Origin: Escherichia virus KFS-EC
Direction: 5' to 3' (one strand)
Sequence record: MH560358
Length of the DNA stretch: 64,000 bases
Positions within the stretch are counted from its first letter, which is position 1; each line of letters starts with the position of its first letter. The notes below the pieces were generated by a model. The model saw only the letters and a list, made by a program, of their open reading frames with translations, was not told the DNA's origin and searched no databases. The translations under genes were made by a program, and so were the position numbers. This document shows, piece after piece, positions 50,237-60,991 of this stretch.

Positions 50237-51007
50237 ATGAATATTATCCGAATAAAACTACCGGAAGGTGTGCAGAGATTTAAACCATTCACGGTAAAAG
50301 ATTATAGAGATTTCCTTCTGGTGTCAACTGAAATTAAGATGAATCCAGAAGAAGAACAAACGATTCTTGATGAGCTATTAGAAGAAATATATCCAGACGT
50401 AGATCCGGCATTTCGTGAATATATTTTCCTGAATGTCTTTACTAGTTCAATTGGTAAAACTAAGATACCGCTTTGTTTTACTTGCCCGACTTGCAACAAA
50501 GAAAGAAGAATGTTGCTTAACTTACAGGTTGAAGCCCTAAAACCAATCGTTCTAGAGGCCGCAGGGCTTAAAATAACTTTCCGGTATGTTAAACCATCAA
50601 CCGACTATGCAAAAACGTTTCTGGATGCGATAGAGCGTGTATCTGATGGTATTAATGATTATCTATGGACTGAATTACCGGAAGAAGTTAGAGAACAGGT
50701 TATCGATTCAATCTCATTTGCTGAATTTGAAGAAGTTGTCAAGCAGATGCACACAATCAAGATCGAACAAAAGATATCTTGTTGTGAAAGTCATGACCTG
50801 AAATACATAGGTCTTCTTCCATTATTCAAATTGTTGTTGAATCCAGATGAGTTATTCATCTTTTATCGAATAAACCATCTATTGGCAAAATCAAATTATT
50901 CTATCAGTGATCTTATGGATATGTTACCCGTCGAGAGAAACATTGCACTGACACTGGTCGAGAAAGACGTAAAAGAGGCAAATAATGCAAAGAACGGGGT
51001 TTCCTAA
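50237..51007 (+). CDS. 51: baseplate hub assembly protein gp51
   Basis: 256 aa; position. Confidence 0.65.
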   Translation: MNIIRIKLPEGVQRFKPFTVKDYRDFLLVSTEIKMNPEEEQTILDELLEEIYPDVDPAFREYIFLNVFTSSIGKTKIPLCFTCPTCNKERRMLLNLQVEALKPIVLEAAGLKITFRYVKPSTDYAKTFLDAIERVSDGINDYLWTELPEEVREQVIDSISFAEFEEVVKQMHTIKIEQKISCCESHDLKYIGLLPLFKLLLNPDELFIFYRINHLLAKSNYSISDLMDMLPVERNIALTLVEKDVKEANNAKNGVS

Positions 51008-52094
51008 TGTCTCAATAAAACTTTATCAGGATTATGAGGCATTTCTAAATCATCGCTTTATAGAATTGGGCGCTACCTTTGTTACAATGACTCTGCGTGA
51101 TTCGATTCGTGGGGTGAACGAAGGATTGTTGCAATTCTATGATAATAAGGCGATGCATACAAAATTAAACGGGAGAGAGATCATTCAGATTTCGCTATCC
51201 ACTGCTAATACAGATGAAGTGTTTAACCGAATCTATGGGATCTCTCATAGTAATGTAACAATTGACCAAAAATCCGACAACATTTTAACATTCCAGTTAA
51301 AGAGCTATCACGAATCATTAAACCTTAAATTTTCTCGCTCATTGACAAATAACGCGGTTAATAACGTAACTAGCATGATTGATGCCATCTATAAGGAAGT
51401 TCCTTTATGGAAACCTACTATAAAGGGTGATAACGTTGTTATTCCTCGTTGTCCGTGGGTTAGTACCATAAATGACTATATGGATTTTGTGAGGGCATAC
51501 GGGCAAAGCGTAGAAACCGAGTCTTTCGTGTATTGCTGGGAAGATTTTGATGGTATAACGATCGCTGGACACGATACAATATTAAAAAATGAGCCAATAC
51601 CAGCTATAATCTGTGAGCCTAGACTCATGGGGCAGTTTATTGATATGTCGCCTAATCTGATGGTTTTTAATTTCGAGTGGCAGACTAAGAGCAATGCTAA
51701 AGTTAAAAATTCATTTAGCAATGTGACATACACAACTATTGATTTTGTTACTAAGCAGTATAATAAAATTATTGTTGGTAATGGGGATAATATTGCACAC
51801 TTTGCTCATGGTGGCGCTTATGGCGATTTAACTTATAAGAATGCGTTTTTGGAAGGTTCTAAACTTGCCACAATAGAACAATATGATTCATATGCTACCG
51901 CCGTGTGTCACGGTAATTTTTCGTTGCGCCCCGGCATGGTTATTCGATTCTTTGATGAGAAGCAACAAGCACGCAATGATTTTATTGTTGACGAAGTGGT
52001 GCATGAAATTAGCCGAGAGCAATCATTAACTCACCTGTATATGATCGGTAATAGCGAAGAATTACAGGAAGTCAACTTTGAAGGTAAGATATAA
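50985..52094 (+). CDS. 27: baseplate hub protein gp27
   Basis: 369 aa; position. Confidence 0.7.
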   Translation: MQRTGFPNVSIKLYQDYEAFLNHRFIELGATFVTMTLRDSIRGVNEGLLQFYDNKAMHTKLNGREIIQISLSTANTDEVFNRIYGISHSNVTIDQKSDNILTFQLKSYHESLNLKFSRSLTNNAVNNVTSMIDAIYKEVPLWKPTIKGDNVVIPRCPWVSTINDYMDFVRAYGQSVETESFVYCWEDFDGITIAGHDTILKNEPIPAIICEPRLMGQFIDMSPNLMVFNFEWQTKSNAKVKNSFSNVTYTTIDFVTKQYNKIIVGNGDNIAHFAHGGAYGDLTYKNAFLEGSKLATIEQYDSYATAVCHGNFSLRPGMVIRFFDEKQQARNDFIVDEVVHEISREQSLTHLYMIGNSEELQEVNFEGKI

Positions 52095-52612
52095 TGACAG
52101 AAACTAAACCTATGTTAAAATTTGTTGTTCCTGTAAAAAAAATAGAGATAAACGGGAAACATATCAAGATCCCAAAAATGGGGATTAAGCAACATCGATT
52201 ATTAAAAGATGTTCGTAGCTGTGATGAAACATTAAAGATTCTTCTTGATTCAATCTGTCCTGGGTTAAACGCTGCCGAGTCTGAATTGGTTATGCTTAAC
52301 CTTTGTGCGTTTAATGGTAAGTGTCTGGAAGAAAAAGATGGTCTTAAGCTGTCTGATGTGTATATTTGTACAGAGACTGAATTTACTTTAAATGGTAAAG
52401 TCTTTAAATTTAAAAATCCAATGTATACTTCTGACCCCATTATCGATGACGCTGATTTCTTGAGTCATCATTATCACGATCCTAGCGTAGACTTCCATGA
52501 TTTCCCAGCTTTTATTATGGATTGGGCTACAGGATTAAGAAAAACTATTGCACTGGATACACCGGAAGGTACTATCTATGGTGGAATTAACATATTGGAT
52601 CGCCTATCATGA
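52094..52612 (+). CDS. 28: baseplate hub distal protein gp28
   Basis: 172 aa; position. Confidence 0.65.
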   Translation: MTETKPMLKFVVPVKKIEINGKHIKIPKMGIKQHRLLKDVRSCDETLKILLDSICPGLNAAESELVMLNLCAFNGKCLEEKDGLKLSDVYICTETEFTLNGKVFKFKNPMYTSDPIIDDADFLSHHYHDPSVDFHDFPAFIMDWATGLRKTIALDTPEGTIYGGINILDRLS

Positions 52613-54342
52613 ATGACGCATTAACATCATTTCGCGGGATGCGCAAGGAAGCGGAAGAAAACCCGATTGATAAACTTAACAAATTAGATAAACTTGATTC
52701 TATTGATAATTTGCAAGCCGCTACCGAATTGGTGGCTGAGACAGTGGAACAAAAATCTAATGAAGTTGTTGGTGCGGTAGAGGATAACACCGCAGCCAAT
52801 GAATTGACGGCAGAAAATACACAATCTACCGCTGGCAATACCCAAAAAACTTATGAAGAATTGCAAAAACTCAATAATTTCTCTTCTCAGATGAATGAGA
52901 AATTACGTGGTTTTGGTGTTATGATGGAACGTAGATTTGGTGTTGTCAGTAAAATGGCTAGCGGTATTGGTGCGATTGAAGAAGCATTGAAAAAACCGGA
53001 ACAACCGCAAACAATGCCATCACCTCAGCCAGTTTTGCCTACTGTGCCGGAACAGCCTAATAATGACAACTATCAAGGTCTTCCAAAGAAAAAACCAGAT
53101 GTTGAGGAACGGAAGAAAAAGAACGCCACAGATAAGCGTAATGCAGATTCTATGGAAAATCTTCTTAAAGTTGTTCGTGGAGGATTTAAAGAAACCATAG
53201 GTATCTCTAATAAGGTCTTAGGGATGTTATTTAAGATCACTTTGACCGCTATGGCAGAAGCCGCAAAATGGGGTGCTATTTTGATGGGTATTGTTTTTGT
53301 CATTGATACCCTGATGGTTCATTTCAGATATTGGAGCGATTTATTCGAGACAAAGTTCAGTGAATTTATGGATAAGGCCGGAGAATGGGCTGGTCCTATT
53401 AGCGATATTTTAACTACTGTTCGTCAGGTTCGAGATTATTGGTCTAAAGGCGAATATGGGGAGTTAATTAAATCTCTTGTTATGGGTATTGGTGATGCAT
53501 TCTATAAAACCTTTATCCAACTTGATCGAATTATCACTACTGGTATTGCTAAAATTCTTCGCATGATCCCTGGTATGGGTGATTATGCCGATAAGTTAGA
53601 ATATGGTGCTTTAAAATCTGCTGTCGCTCAAGGCTATACGCCAAATGAAAGAGAACTCGAATTAATGGATAAGATCGAGTCTGAACACGAAGAAGACAAA
53701 TATGGAGAGCGCACAGGATGGACAGGAAAAGCCCGTGATATTGGCGAAGCTATTGGGGATTCTATTAAGGATAAAGTTAACGAAGGTCTTGTTAGTCTGG
53801 GCTGGAGAGATCAAAAGGATGTTGACGCAGAGAAACGACAAGAAGAATTAAAACGCGGGGAATATAAGTCTGTTTCTGCTGAACAACGATCTGCTAGTCG
53901 TAAACTTAGAATTAAAAGCGAGGGCGCGATCAATAATATTAATGAAGTTATGGAGAATTTGAGCGGTGACTATGACAAAGAAAGAATGGGAGAGTTGAAA
54001 AAGGATATTGATGTTTACCGTGAGCAAGTTCAAGATCCTACATTAGTTGAAAGTGATCGTTCTCAGTTAGAGCGTCTTATTGAAAAATTTGATGAGATGT
54101 ATGCTGATAAAACTAAGGGTGTGGTTCCAACTAATCCTGTTCCTGCAACTGAAACGGAAACAGCAAAACAAGCGGAACGTACTGAACAAATGCAGAAACA
54201 AGCTGCAATCCAGCAACAAACGACAAATCAGACCTCAAACGTAAATAATACACAAATTGTAACAAACAATAGAACTATTAAACAGGGTGCACCAACAACT
54301 AGAATTGATGCTCCCGGTACAATTAATATGGGGAACTTTTAA
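52609..54342 (+). CDS. 29: tail length determinator / baseplate hub protein gp29
   Basis: 577 aa; hydrophobic central segment; position. Confidence 0.7.
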   Translation: MNDALTSFRGMRKEAEENPIDKLNKLDKLDSIDNLQAATELVAETVEQKSNEVVGAVEDNTAANELTAENTQSTAGNTQKTYEELQKLNNFSSQMNEKLRGFGVMMERRFGVVSKMASGIGAIEEALKKPEQPQTMPSPQPVLPTVPEQPNNDNYQGLPKKKPDVEERKKKNATDKRNADSMENLLKVVRGGFKETIGISNKVLGMLFKITLTAMAEAAKWGAILMGIVFVIDTLMVHFRYWSDLFETKFSEFMDKAGEWAGPISDILTTVRQVRDYWSKGEYGELIKSLVMGIGDAFYKTFIQLDRIITTGIAKILRMIPGMGDYADKLEYGALKSAVAQGYTPNERELELMDKIESEHEEDKYGERTGWTGKARDIGEAIGDSIKDKVNEGLVSLGWRDQKDVDAEKRQEELKRGEYKSVSAEQRSASRKLRIKSEGAINNINEVMENLSGDYDKERMGELKKDIDVYREQVQDPTLVESDRSQLERLIEKFDEMYADKTKGVVPTNPVPATETETAKQAERTEQMQKQAAIQQQTTNQTSNVNNTQIVTNNRTIKQGAPTTRIDAPGTINMGNF

Positions 54343-55400
54343 TGAAAATTAGTGTTATCAATGATGCCGTTGATAGCTTTAAAGCGGGGGTTAAAACCTC
54401 CGCTGGTTTTACCTCAAAAAATAAAGGGAAAACATTAACCGCTCAATTCCCCGCTGAACGTGCTAGCGGTAATGATGCTAGCGGTTATTATATCAACGAC
54501 TTATATAATAATGGTCTGTTATTCACTGCATACGATTATACATCTCGTACTACTGGTTCGTTGCGTGATTTCAGGAAAAAGAAAAATGTTGCTAGCGGTT
54601 TTGGCGGTAGCGTTAATATCGCTGGTTTTGATTTAAATTTGGGTGGGAGAAATGCTGCATTTGACCGAGAGGCAATTGCTAATATTCTTCTTCCTCGTAG
54701 TCAATCTGACGTTGACGCTGCCAGCCATAAGTTTAATGATGTTGGTGAATCTGTTATTTCTCGCGGCGGTGGTACTTTAGGCGGTGCTCTTTCTAATATG
54801 GCATCTACTGCCGTTTTTGGTGGTATCGAAAGTATTACTGGTGGATACCTTGCCGATCACGGTGAACAGATTTATAATACTGCGCGAAGCATGTATGCGG
54901 GTGCTGACGCACGAACGAAAAACTACGTATGGCATCTAACCCCACGTAGTATTGAAGACCTTCGCAATATTCTGATCATATACGAAACGTTTTTAGAATT
55001 GTCTTATGGTTCTAGTGGTATTTCCAGCACCGCAAAAGAATTAAAAGCGGAAGTTGATGCGTGGTATAAAAATACACTATTGAGAAAATCCACTCCAGAG
55101 GAAGCGAAGAGAAATGATACTCTGTTTGAAGGGATCACCGATTTTCTATCAAACGTAATTACTGTATCTAACCCGACAATATGGATGATCTCTAACTTCG
55201 GCAAGCGTACATCGTTTGAAGGGCGTAGCGATGCATTTGGTCCCGCTCAGATCTCAAGTGTACGTCTGGACAAGTCGCCTGATGGTAAGTTTAATGGCCT
55301 TGCTATTTCTCCTAACTTGCCGAGTACCTTTGTTCTGGAAGTATCATTTAGAGAGATCTTGACACTTTCCCGTGGTACTATATTTGGGAGTGCGGCATAA
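54342..55400 (+). CDS. 48: baseplate tail-tube junction protein gp48
   Basis: 352 aa; position. Confidence 0.7.
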   Translation: MKISVINDAVDSFKAGVKTSAGFTSKNKGKTLTAQFPAERASGNDASGYYINDLYNNGLLFTAYDYTSRTTGSLRDFRKKKNVASGFGGSVNIAGFDLNLGGRNAAFDREAIANILLPRSQSDVDAASHKFNDVGESVISRGGGTLGGALSNMASTAVFGGIESITGGYLADHGEQIYNTARSMYAGADARTKNYVWHLTPRSIEDLRNILIIYETFLELSYGSSGISSTAKELKAEVDAWYKNTLLRKSTPEEAKRNDTLFEGITDFLSNVITVSNPTIWMISNFGKRTSFEGRSDAFGPAQISSVRLDKSPDGKFNGLAISPNLPSTFVLEVSFREILTLSRGTIFGSAA

Positions 55401-56332
55401 TGTTTGATTTAAATGACTTTAACGAACAAGCCGCTAACCTTGACTTTCAGCGATCTAACTTATTCAGCGTGGCATTTGCCACCACTCCAAGTAATAAGAC
55501 ACAAGCGATCCTAGAAAGTATGGGCGGTGCGGTATATGATATTATACCAAATGCATTAAATGACTATTTCGGGATTACTCGTGGTGATTATACTGACGCA
55601 TTAACAAATCTTGCTGTACAGGGTGTTAGGCGTGCTGTTGATTCATCTGGTGTCAAAAAGTATCTTTTAGGTGCAATGTCATCCCGCGTAGTTCAATCTC
55701 TTCTGGGGCAATTTGATGTTGGTACGTATGCTCTTGACTGGTTCAATATGGCATATAAGACAAGCGGTCTTCTGGTGTATGCTGTTAAGGTTCCAGAAAA
55801 CAGATTGAATTATGAAATGGACCGCAATCACAATGCACCAAACATTCGAATTACCGGACGTGATTTTGACCCGCTTGTATTGAGCTTTAGAATGGACTCT
55901 AGCGCATCAAACTATAGAGCAATGCAGGATTGGGTTAACTCAGTAGAAGACCCAGTTACAGGGCTTCGTGCGCTTCCTGTTGACGTTGAAGCAGATATTC
56001 AGGTTAACTTACATAACCGAATGGGAGTTCCTCACACGATCATGATGTTTAATGGTTGTGTTCCTGTTGGTGTGAGTGCACCGGAATTAAACTATGAAAA
56101 CAACAACGAAATCACAACATTCGATGTTACTTTCGCATATCGTTCTATGCAAACTGGTGCTGTAGGAGAGCAAGCCGCGCGAGAATGGATTGAGGATAAG
56201 GCAATAAACGCAATAACAAACACTTTCGGCAATAATTTACTTGATAGTGGGTTATCTGCTGCTGGTAATGCTTTATCGCGTCTAAATGGCGTTGGTGGGC
56301 GTGTGGTGAATACTGTCACTAACTGGTTCTGA
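55400..56332 (+). CDS. 54: baseplate tail-tube initiator gp54
   Basis: 310 aa; position. Confidence 0.7.
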   Translation: MFDLNDFNEQAANLDFQRSNLFSVAFATTPSNKTQAILESMGGAVYDIIPNALNDYFGITRGDYTDALTNLAVQGVRRAVDSSGVKKYLLGAMSSRVVQSLLGQFDVGTYALDWFNMAYKTSGLLVYAVKVPENRLNYEMDRNHNAPNIRITGRDFDPLVLSFRMDSSASNYRAMQDWVNSVEDPVTGLRALPVDVEADIQVNLHNRMGVPHTIMMFNGCVPVGVSAPELNYENNNEITTFDVTFAYRSMQTGAVGEQAAREWIEDKAINAITNTFGNNLLDSGLSAAGNALSRLNGVGGRVVNTVTNWF

Positions 56333-56341
56333 TGAACGAAA

Positions 56342-56365
56342 GGCGGGGATTATCCCCGCCTTTTT
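56342..56365. terminator. bidirectional intrinsic terminator
   Basis: GGCGGGGA-TTA-TCCCCGCC hairpin flanked by A-run and T-run. Confidence 0.7.
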
Positions 56366-56834
56366 ATTTTGCTAAATCATTGCAATATTTTAGTGCCTTA
56401 GTTTGAAATTCTGCGCTGTTAAGTTCTTCATAACGGTCATAATCACCGTTTAATGCTGCCTTTCTTGCTTCTTGCTCTATCTGCATGTCAGACATGATAA
56501 TACAGCGATCCCGCGCTTTCATCTTCTCAAGTTGTATAGACTCTTCTTTCTGCTTGCGCAATTCTTCTTGACGCTTCTTTTCTTCTTGTGCTTCTTTGAT
56601 TGCATCCTTGAACATCTGCGTTTGTGGTGCTAAACCAACTTTAACGCGATCCACGTCTCGACGTTCCATTTTAGAAATAAAGCACGATTCGATCTGATCA
56701 TCACTTGCATATGCTGCTTTACATTCACGAAGCAAGAAAACCGGATCTGATTTAGCATTCATCATAGCTTCCATGTTGGCACAACCAGTAAGCATGAATG
56801 CAGCCGCAAGACCAATCAGTTTAATCATTTTCAT
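56364..56834 (-). CDS. predicted lipoprotein (156 aa)
   Basis: Signal peptide with lipobox LTGC (MKMIKLIGLAAAFMLTGC); charged coiled-coil-like middle; own GAGGTGA SD inside the 3' end of the upstream gene. Confidence 0.6.
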   Translation of the reverse strand: MKMIKLIGLAAAFMLTGCANMEAMMNAKSDPVFLLRECKAAYASDDQIESCFISKMERRDVDRVKVGLAPQTQMFKDAIKEAQEEKKRQEELRKQKEESIQLEKMKARDRCIIMSDMQIEQEARKAALNGDYDRYEELNSAEFQTKALKYCNDLAK

Positions 56835-57655
56835 TTAGTCACCTCACCGAAAATTGTAAATTGTCTACGATTCTCATCGCCGAAAGATTCTACTACGTCG
56901 TTTACCTTGACGCAAGTCCCGCGCGGTAAAATTACTTCACATTCGCAAGGGTTCCATGCAATTGACCCAACAACAAAACCTTTATGATCTTTTACGTCAA
57001 TTACCCATGATACATTACAAGAATGTTGCATCTTTCCGGTCATTGATTCATATCGATTCTCACAATAAAGGCTAGTGCTGTTTGATAGCCATCCTCCAAA
57101 GATGATTGGTGTCATGCTGGTTGACACAAAGTTTTTAAAGGTAAATTCCTTATCTTCAATAATACGCTCTATTGTCTGAATGTCAAGATGTTGACCGCGA
57201 TAAAGAGTACCGTTTAACTTTTCGGTTTTATCCATGACACAATCCATCAAATCGACAATCTCTGATATCTCATCGGTCATGTCTTCTTCCCCTAAGAGAG
57301 CACCATTTACCCATTCGTATTGCTCAGACACATAATCACAGATTGCATTATATTCTGCTGGTGTTATGTTGTTATGTTTGTAATGTTTGAATACATTATC
57401 TCCAAAGTCTTCGGAGTGTACTTCATACATCACATTAATGATTTTCTTGACAAATCCATAATCTTGTGTCTCACGCTCAAGGAAGCGGATAACCTTCACA
57501 TAATCATCAAAGTTAATCTGATCGCTGATCATCTCAGTGATCATGTAACCATTAATCCCCTCAATGTCATATGTTTCGATGTAATTATCCATACGTTCCA
57601 TCATTGATTCGCGTGATTCTTCTGAAAGACGAAAATCCTGTAATTTCTTGAACAT
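56831..57655 (-). CDS. Alt-like ADP-ribosyltransferase paralogue (274 aa)
   Basis: R-S-ExE triad: LYRG, FVSTS, ECEVILPRG, parallel to YRG / YVSTS / ECEILLPRG in the adjacent Alt. Confidence 0.7.
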   Translation of the reverse strand: MFKKLQDFRLSEESRESMMERMDNYIETYDIEGINGYMITEMISDQINFDDYVKVIRFLERETQDYGFVKKIINVMYEVHSEDFGDNVFKHYKHNNITPAEYNAICDYVSEQYEWVNGALLGEEDMTDEISEIVDLMDCVMDKTEKLNGTLYRGQHLDIQTIERIIEDKEFTFKNFVSTSMTPIIFGGWLSNSTSLYCENRYESMTGKMQHSCNVSWVIDVKDHKGFVVGSIAWNPCECEVILPRGTCVKVNDVVESFGDENRRQFTIFGEVTK

Positions 57656-57666
57656 TTTAAGCCTCC

Positions 57667-57700
57667 CATATAACAGAAAACGGGGCTAGTATAAAACTAG
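57667..57700. terminator. bidirectional hairpin terminator
   Basis: Perfect palindrome AAAACGGGGCTAGT...ACTAGTCCCCGTTTT. Confidence 0.65.
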
Positions 57701-57733
57701 TCCCCGTTTTAGTCAACCATTATTTCTTAAAAA

Positions 57734-59785
57734 TTACATTTTAAATTTATCTGGCATTGCGTCTACAGATACCAGATCAGCGATAAGCTGACGTAGAGTT
57801 GCCTTATCTGCTTTCTTACGTTCGGTTTTAGCTTCGCTAATGAAGCTGGAGAAAGACAGGTCAGAAGCAGGTTTAACAACACCTTCACGGATGAATGCAT
57901 CACCGTCCGCGATCATCTCGCCAGATTCTTGTAATGCTGCCAGTTCATTTTTGTTCATAATATGTGCCTCAATGTAATAAGTTTCTTGTGAATCCGTCGA
58001 TGCCGTAGCACGAGTTACCGTATCAAAGGATAACACAACACCGCGAGGAAGTAAAATCTCGCATTCTTTGTAAGCAAATGCTTTGTTACCTACTGGCAAG
58101 ACAGGGAGGTTTTCCGCGCCAGCAATGGAGAAAGCAACATTAGCGCCACCTTCACCACGAGAGCCAGCCATAGAATCAACACCAGCAACGGCACTAGCCA
58201 CGTTTGCATTCCAGCCGCCAAAAATGTTAGGTGCAAGGGAAGTGCTCACATAGTTTTTAAAGTAAAACGCTTTTTGCTTACGTGCAGTTTCCCACATTTG
58301 CGACCGGAAGTCCATACCACGATACAGAATAGTACCCGGATCAAGTTTAACGCCATAGTTGGAGAAGGCATTATCCAGTGCATCGCACATCTTGACCAAT
58401 TCTTCTGGATCTGAGATGCCTTCAAACTCTTCCAGCTTACGGTCGGTTAGGAAGTTGTTCATATTGATGTATGCTGCATCGGCATATTCGCTCAACACAA
58501 AACCTTCCGCGCCTGGCAGATCAAGATCAATATCTGCCATCATTTCACCCATGTTGCTAGCAATTGCTTCAAACATACCGGAAGCAACATTACGTAGGGC
58601 ATCGGTTTTAATCTGGGTGATGTGACTACGCAGCATTTCAGCTTTTACATCTGCTGGCATAGACTGGTCTACTCGAACCATTGCTAGGGCGGTGATCTTG
58701 TTTTCGAATACTTCCTCGCTCATGATTTCTTTTAAGCGTTTGATTGATGCTGCGATAACTTCCGCAGACAACGGATCATATTGATCCTGAACTTTTACCA
58801 GTTCGCTTACTGCGTATTTTGCATCGGCTTCGCTTTCAAAAATAGTACGCATGAAACCATAGCGAGTGATAATATCACTTGTCCAGTCATTCAGAGAACG
58901 GGCGGTTGAACGTTCTAAGGCTTGACGATCAATCAGAGTATTAAACTGTTTCTTAGGTTCGGCTTCGGTGATATCTTCTTCCGGTTTAAGATTAATTTTT
59001 TCTGGATGATTCACATAGTCGCTGTTATAGGTCGCTTGAGTTTTCAGCATTTCTTCTTTAGTCAAACGAGATTTAGCCGCTACGCGTTGTTCCGCTTCCG
59101 CGTTTCGTTCTTCTTCTGACACAAGACTAGCCGCATACGCCTCATCTTTAGTCAGTGATTCACCAGTAGCCTTAGATACCCAGCGATCACCTAAATCACT
59201 TTCTACTTTAGTGAACAAGGATTCATCAAGTTTAATCCCTTTAATCTTATCAATCGCCATACCGCGACGCTTGACAACAACTAAAGCGATCTTTTTGCTG
59301 GTCATTACTTCCTGCTGGAATACTTCAAACTTCGGTGTACGACGCACCAAACGCTCTATAACGCGCTTAACCAGTTCGGTCTTACCTTTCATGCGGGATA
59401 CGTTAAAACGGAACATAACAGCGTCTAATTGCGCTTTACGGGCTGTTTCCATAACCACATCAAAAGCACTTGCCATGACTGCAATCGGGTTATCGCCTAG
59501 ACCATTTTTAAGCTGTACAATACGACCGCTTTTGTTCATTTCGCACAGTACAACATGTGCGGTCTTGTCACCCATACGAATGATTTTAGGTGTTTTGTTG
59601 GTGAAGTTACAAAGACGGACAATCACATCTTTATCGCGTGTCTGTACTGCAAAAAGCTGTTTAGGATTCTGCTTAGGCTTTAAGCACTGTACAGGAGCAA
59701 TACTGCCAAAGTTTTCTTCCTCTTCCGTCAACAGCCATTTCTCGAAAGATTCAATCATTAGATCGTCGATTTCTAAGTTAAACAT
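57734..59785 (-). CDS. alt: ADP-ribosyltransferase Alt
   Basis: 683 aa, C-terminal R-STS-ExE motifs; position after gene 54 as in T4. Confidence 0.85.
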   Translation of the reverse strand: MFNLEIDDLMIESFEKWLLTEEEENFGSIAPVQCLKPKQNPKQLFAVQTRDKDVIVRLCNFTNKTPKIIRMGDKTAHVVLCEMNKSGRIVQLKNGLGDNPIAVMASAFDVVMETARKAQLDAVMFRFNVSRMKGKTELVKRVIERLVRRTPKFEVFQQEVMTSKKIALVVVKRRGMAIDKIKGIKLDESLFTKVESDLGDRWVSKATGESLTKDEAYAASLVSEEERNAEAEQRVAAKSRLTKEEMLKTQATYNSDYVNHPEKINLKPEEDITEAEPKKQFNTLIDRQALERSTARSLNDWTSDIITRYGFMRTIFESEADAKYAVSELVKVQDQYDPLSAEVIAASIKRLKEIMSEEVFENKITALAMVRVDQSMPADVKAEMLRSHITQIKTDALRNVASGMFEAIASNMGEMMADIDLDLPGAEGFVLSEYADAAYINMNNFLTDRKLEEFEGISDPEELVKMCDALDNAFSNYGVKLDPGTILYRGMDFRSQMWETARKQKAFYFKNYVSTSLAPNIFGGWNANVASAVAGVDSMAGSRGEGGANVAFSIAGAENLPVLPVGNKAFAYKECEILLPRGVVLSFDTVTRATASTDSQETYYIEAHIMNKNELAALQESGEMIADGDAFIREGVVKPASDLSFSSFISEAKTERKKADKATLRQLIADLVSVDAMPDKFKM

Positions 59786-59853
59786 TTTATATCCTCTAGT
59801 TGATAACCTATAAACCTATATTTATGAAAACGGGGATTAACGCCCCCTTTTTA

Positions 59854-60066
59854 TTATAATGCACCATCAAGCAATTGCTCTAAGGTGTATCCTGAATAGT
59901 CTTTTTCAATCAGGATATATTTTCCTACTCGTTTAATACAACCACGCATTTCAACGTATTCTGCGTAGTTGATGGTACGAGTTGTTCCATCTTCCAGTAA
60001 TGCAGTACCGATTTCGTTAATGCGGTCATAAGTTACGTCGGTAATGATGATTTCGATGTTAGCCAT
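59854..60066 (-). CDS. hypothetical protein (70 aa)
   Basis: Start set at ATG 60066, which abuts the PeSL-like cassette; the track's N-terminal extension is translation of the leader. Confidence 0.5.
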   Translation of the reverse strand: MANIEIIITDVTYDRINEIGTALLEDGTTRTINYAEYVEMRGCIKRVGKYILIEKDYSGYTLEQLLDGAL

Positions 60067-60140
60067 TTGATACTCCTTAGTAGTTCGTTTCGGTATGTGT
60101 GCATTATAGGGGATCACCGATCCCCTGTCAACAACTTTTT
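60067..60140 (-). promoter_or_regulatory. PeSL-like early promoter cassette
   Basis: TTGACA (60126-60131 minus), GGGGATC...GATCCCC inverted repeat, leader CGAAACGAACTACTAAGGAGTATCAAATG. Confidence 0.6.
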
Positions 60141-60657
60141 AGTTATTTTTTAATTGTTCATCTTGCAATAATGCAATCACATGCTGGCGATGTTCTTCCG
60201 ATTGAGGTACACCGAAAAAGTTTGTTTTGTAGAAATACTCTAATCGGTCTTCTCGTGTGCTCTCTTCCATCATGATCGCGGGTAGTCCGAGATTTCGGAA
60301 ACGTCGCTTTTCTGCTGGCGTAAAATCACTGTAATACAACATAGAATCATCATTACAAGCAATGCTAAACTCATCTTTCATAAAGGAGAATATTGCGTTT
60401 AAACGCTGTTTACCGTCCACGATTTCGATCTCATAGCGAGAGCCATCATCAATCTTAGCCATTGCGATAGCACCAACCGGAAAATCATTAATCAGGTTTT
60501 CGATAAACATACGTTTGTTTTCGGTGTCCCATACCAAAGGACGCTGATAATCTGGGTTCATGTTGATATAGCCATCTTCTAACCATGCTTCGTAAACAGA
60601 GATGACAAAGTTTTTAGTATTGGTATAGTAACGGCGTTTAGGCGTTAAACGGTTCAT
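60139..60657 (-). CDS. DUF262 / ParB-like nuclease-domain protein
   Basis: DYQRPLVWDTENKRMFIENLINDFPVG...VDGKQRLNAIFSF fits the DUF262 signature (Y-x-RP-x-VW ... DGQQR); start at 60657 with AGGAG SD. Confidence 0.65.
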   Translation of the reverse strand: MNRLTPKRRYYTNTKNFVISVYEAWLEDGYINMNPDYQRPLVWDTENKRMFIENLINDFPVGAIAMAKIDDGSRYEIEIVDGKQRLNAIFSFMKDEFSIACNDDSMLYYSDFTPAEKRRFRNLGLPAIMMEESTREDRLEYFYKTNFFGVPQSEEHRQHVIALLQDEQLKNN

Positions 60658-60658
60658 G

Positions 60659-60991
60659 TTATAGTCTCCTGAATGGATCATCACGTAAATCAATATCTTT
60701 TAAGAACTCATCCCATGAATGGCGGATATTGTTCTTAATTCTCCAGATAAGCGCAGGGATTGAACGCTCTCCCATCTGGAAGTATGGATCATATGATCCG
60801 TATGACCAATATGCTACTACAATTCCACAATCAGCGCAATAGTATTCTATTTCACTTGCTGGCGACCAAAGTCCATCAATATGATCGGTGATCTTGCTTT
60901 CGATGTTATGGCTATGACAATCAGGGCAACGGATGCAATGACCTTGTTTATCGTAATTTGACGTTAGAGAATACTTAAACAATCTCATCAT
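60659..60991 (-). CDS. Cys4 zinc-ribbon protein (110 aa)
   Basis: CIRCPDCHSH...CADCG metal-binding pattern. Confidence 0.5.
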   Translation of the reverse strand: MMRLFKYSLTSNYDKQGHCIRCPDCHSHNIESKITDHIDGLWSPASEIEYYCADCGIVVAYWSYGSYDPYFQMGERSIPALIWRIKNNIRHSWDEFLKDIDLRDDPFRRL

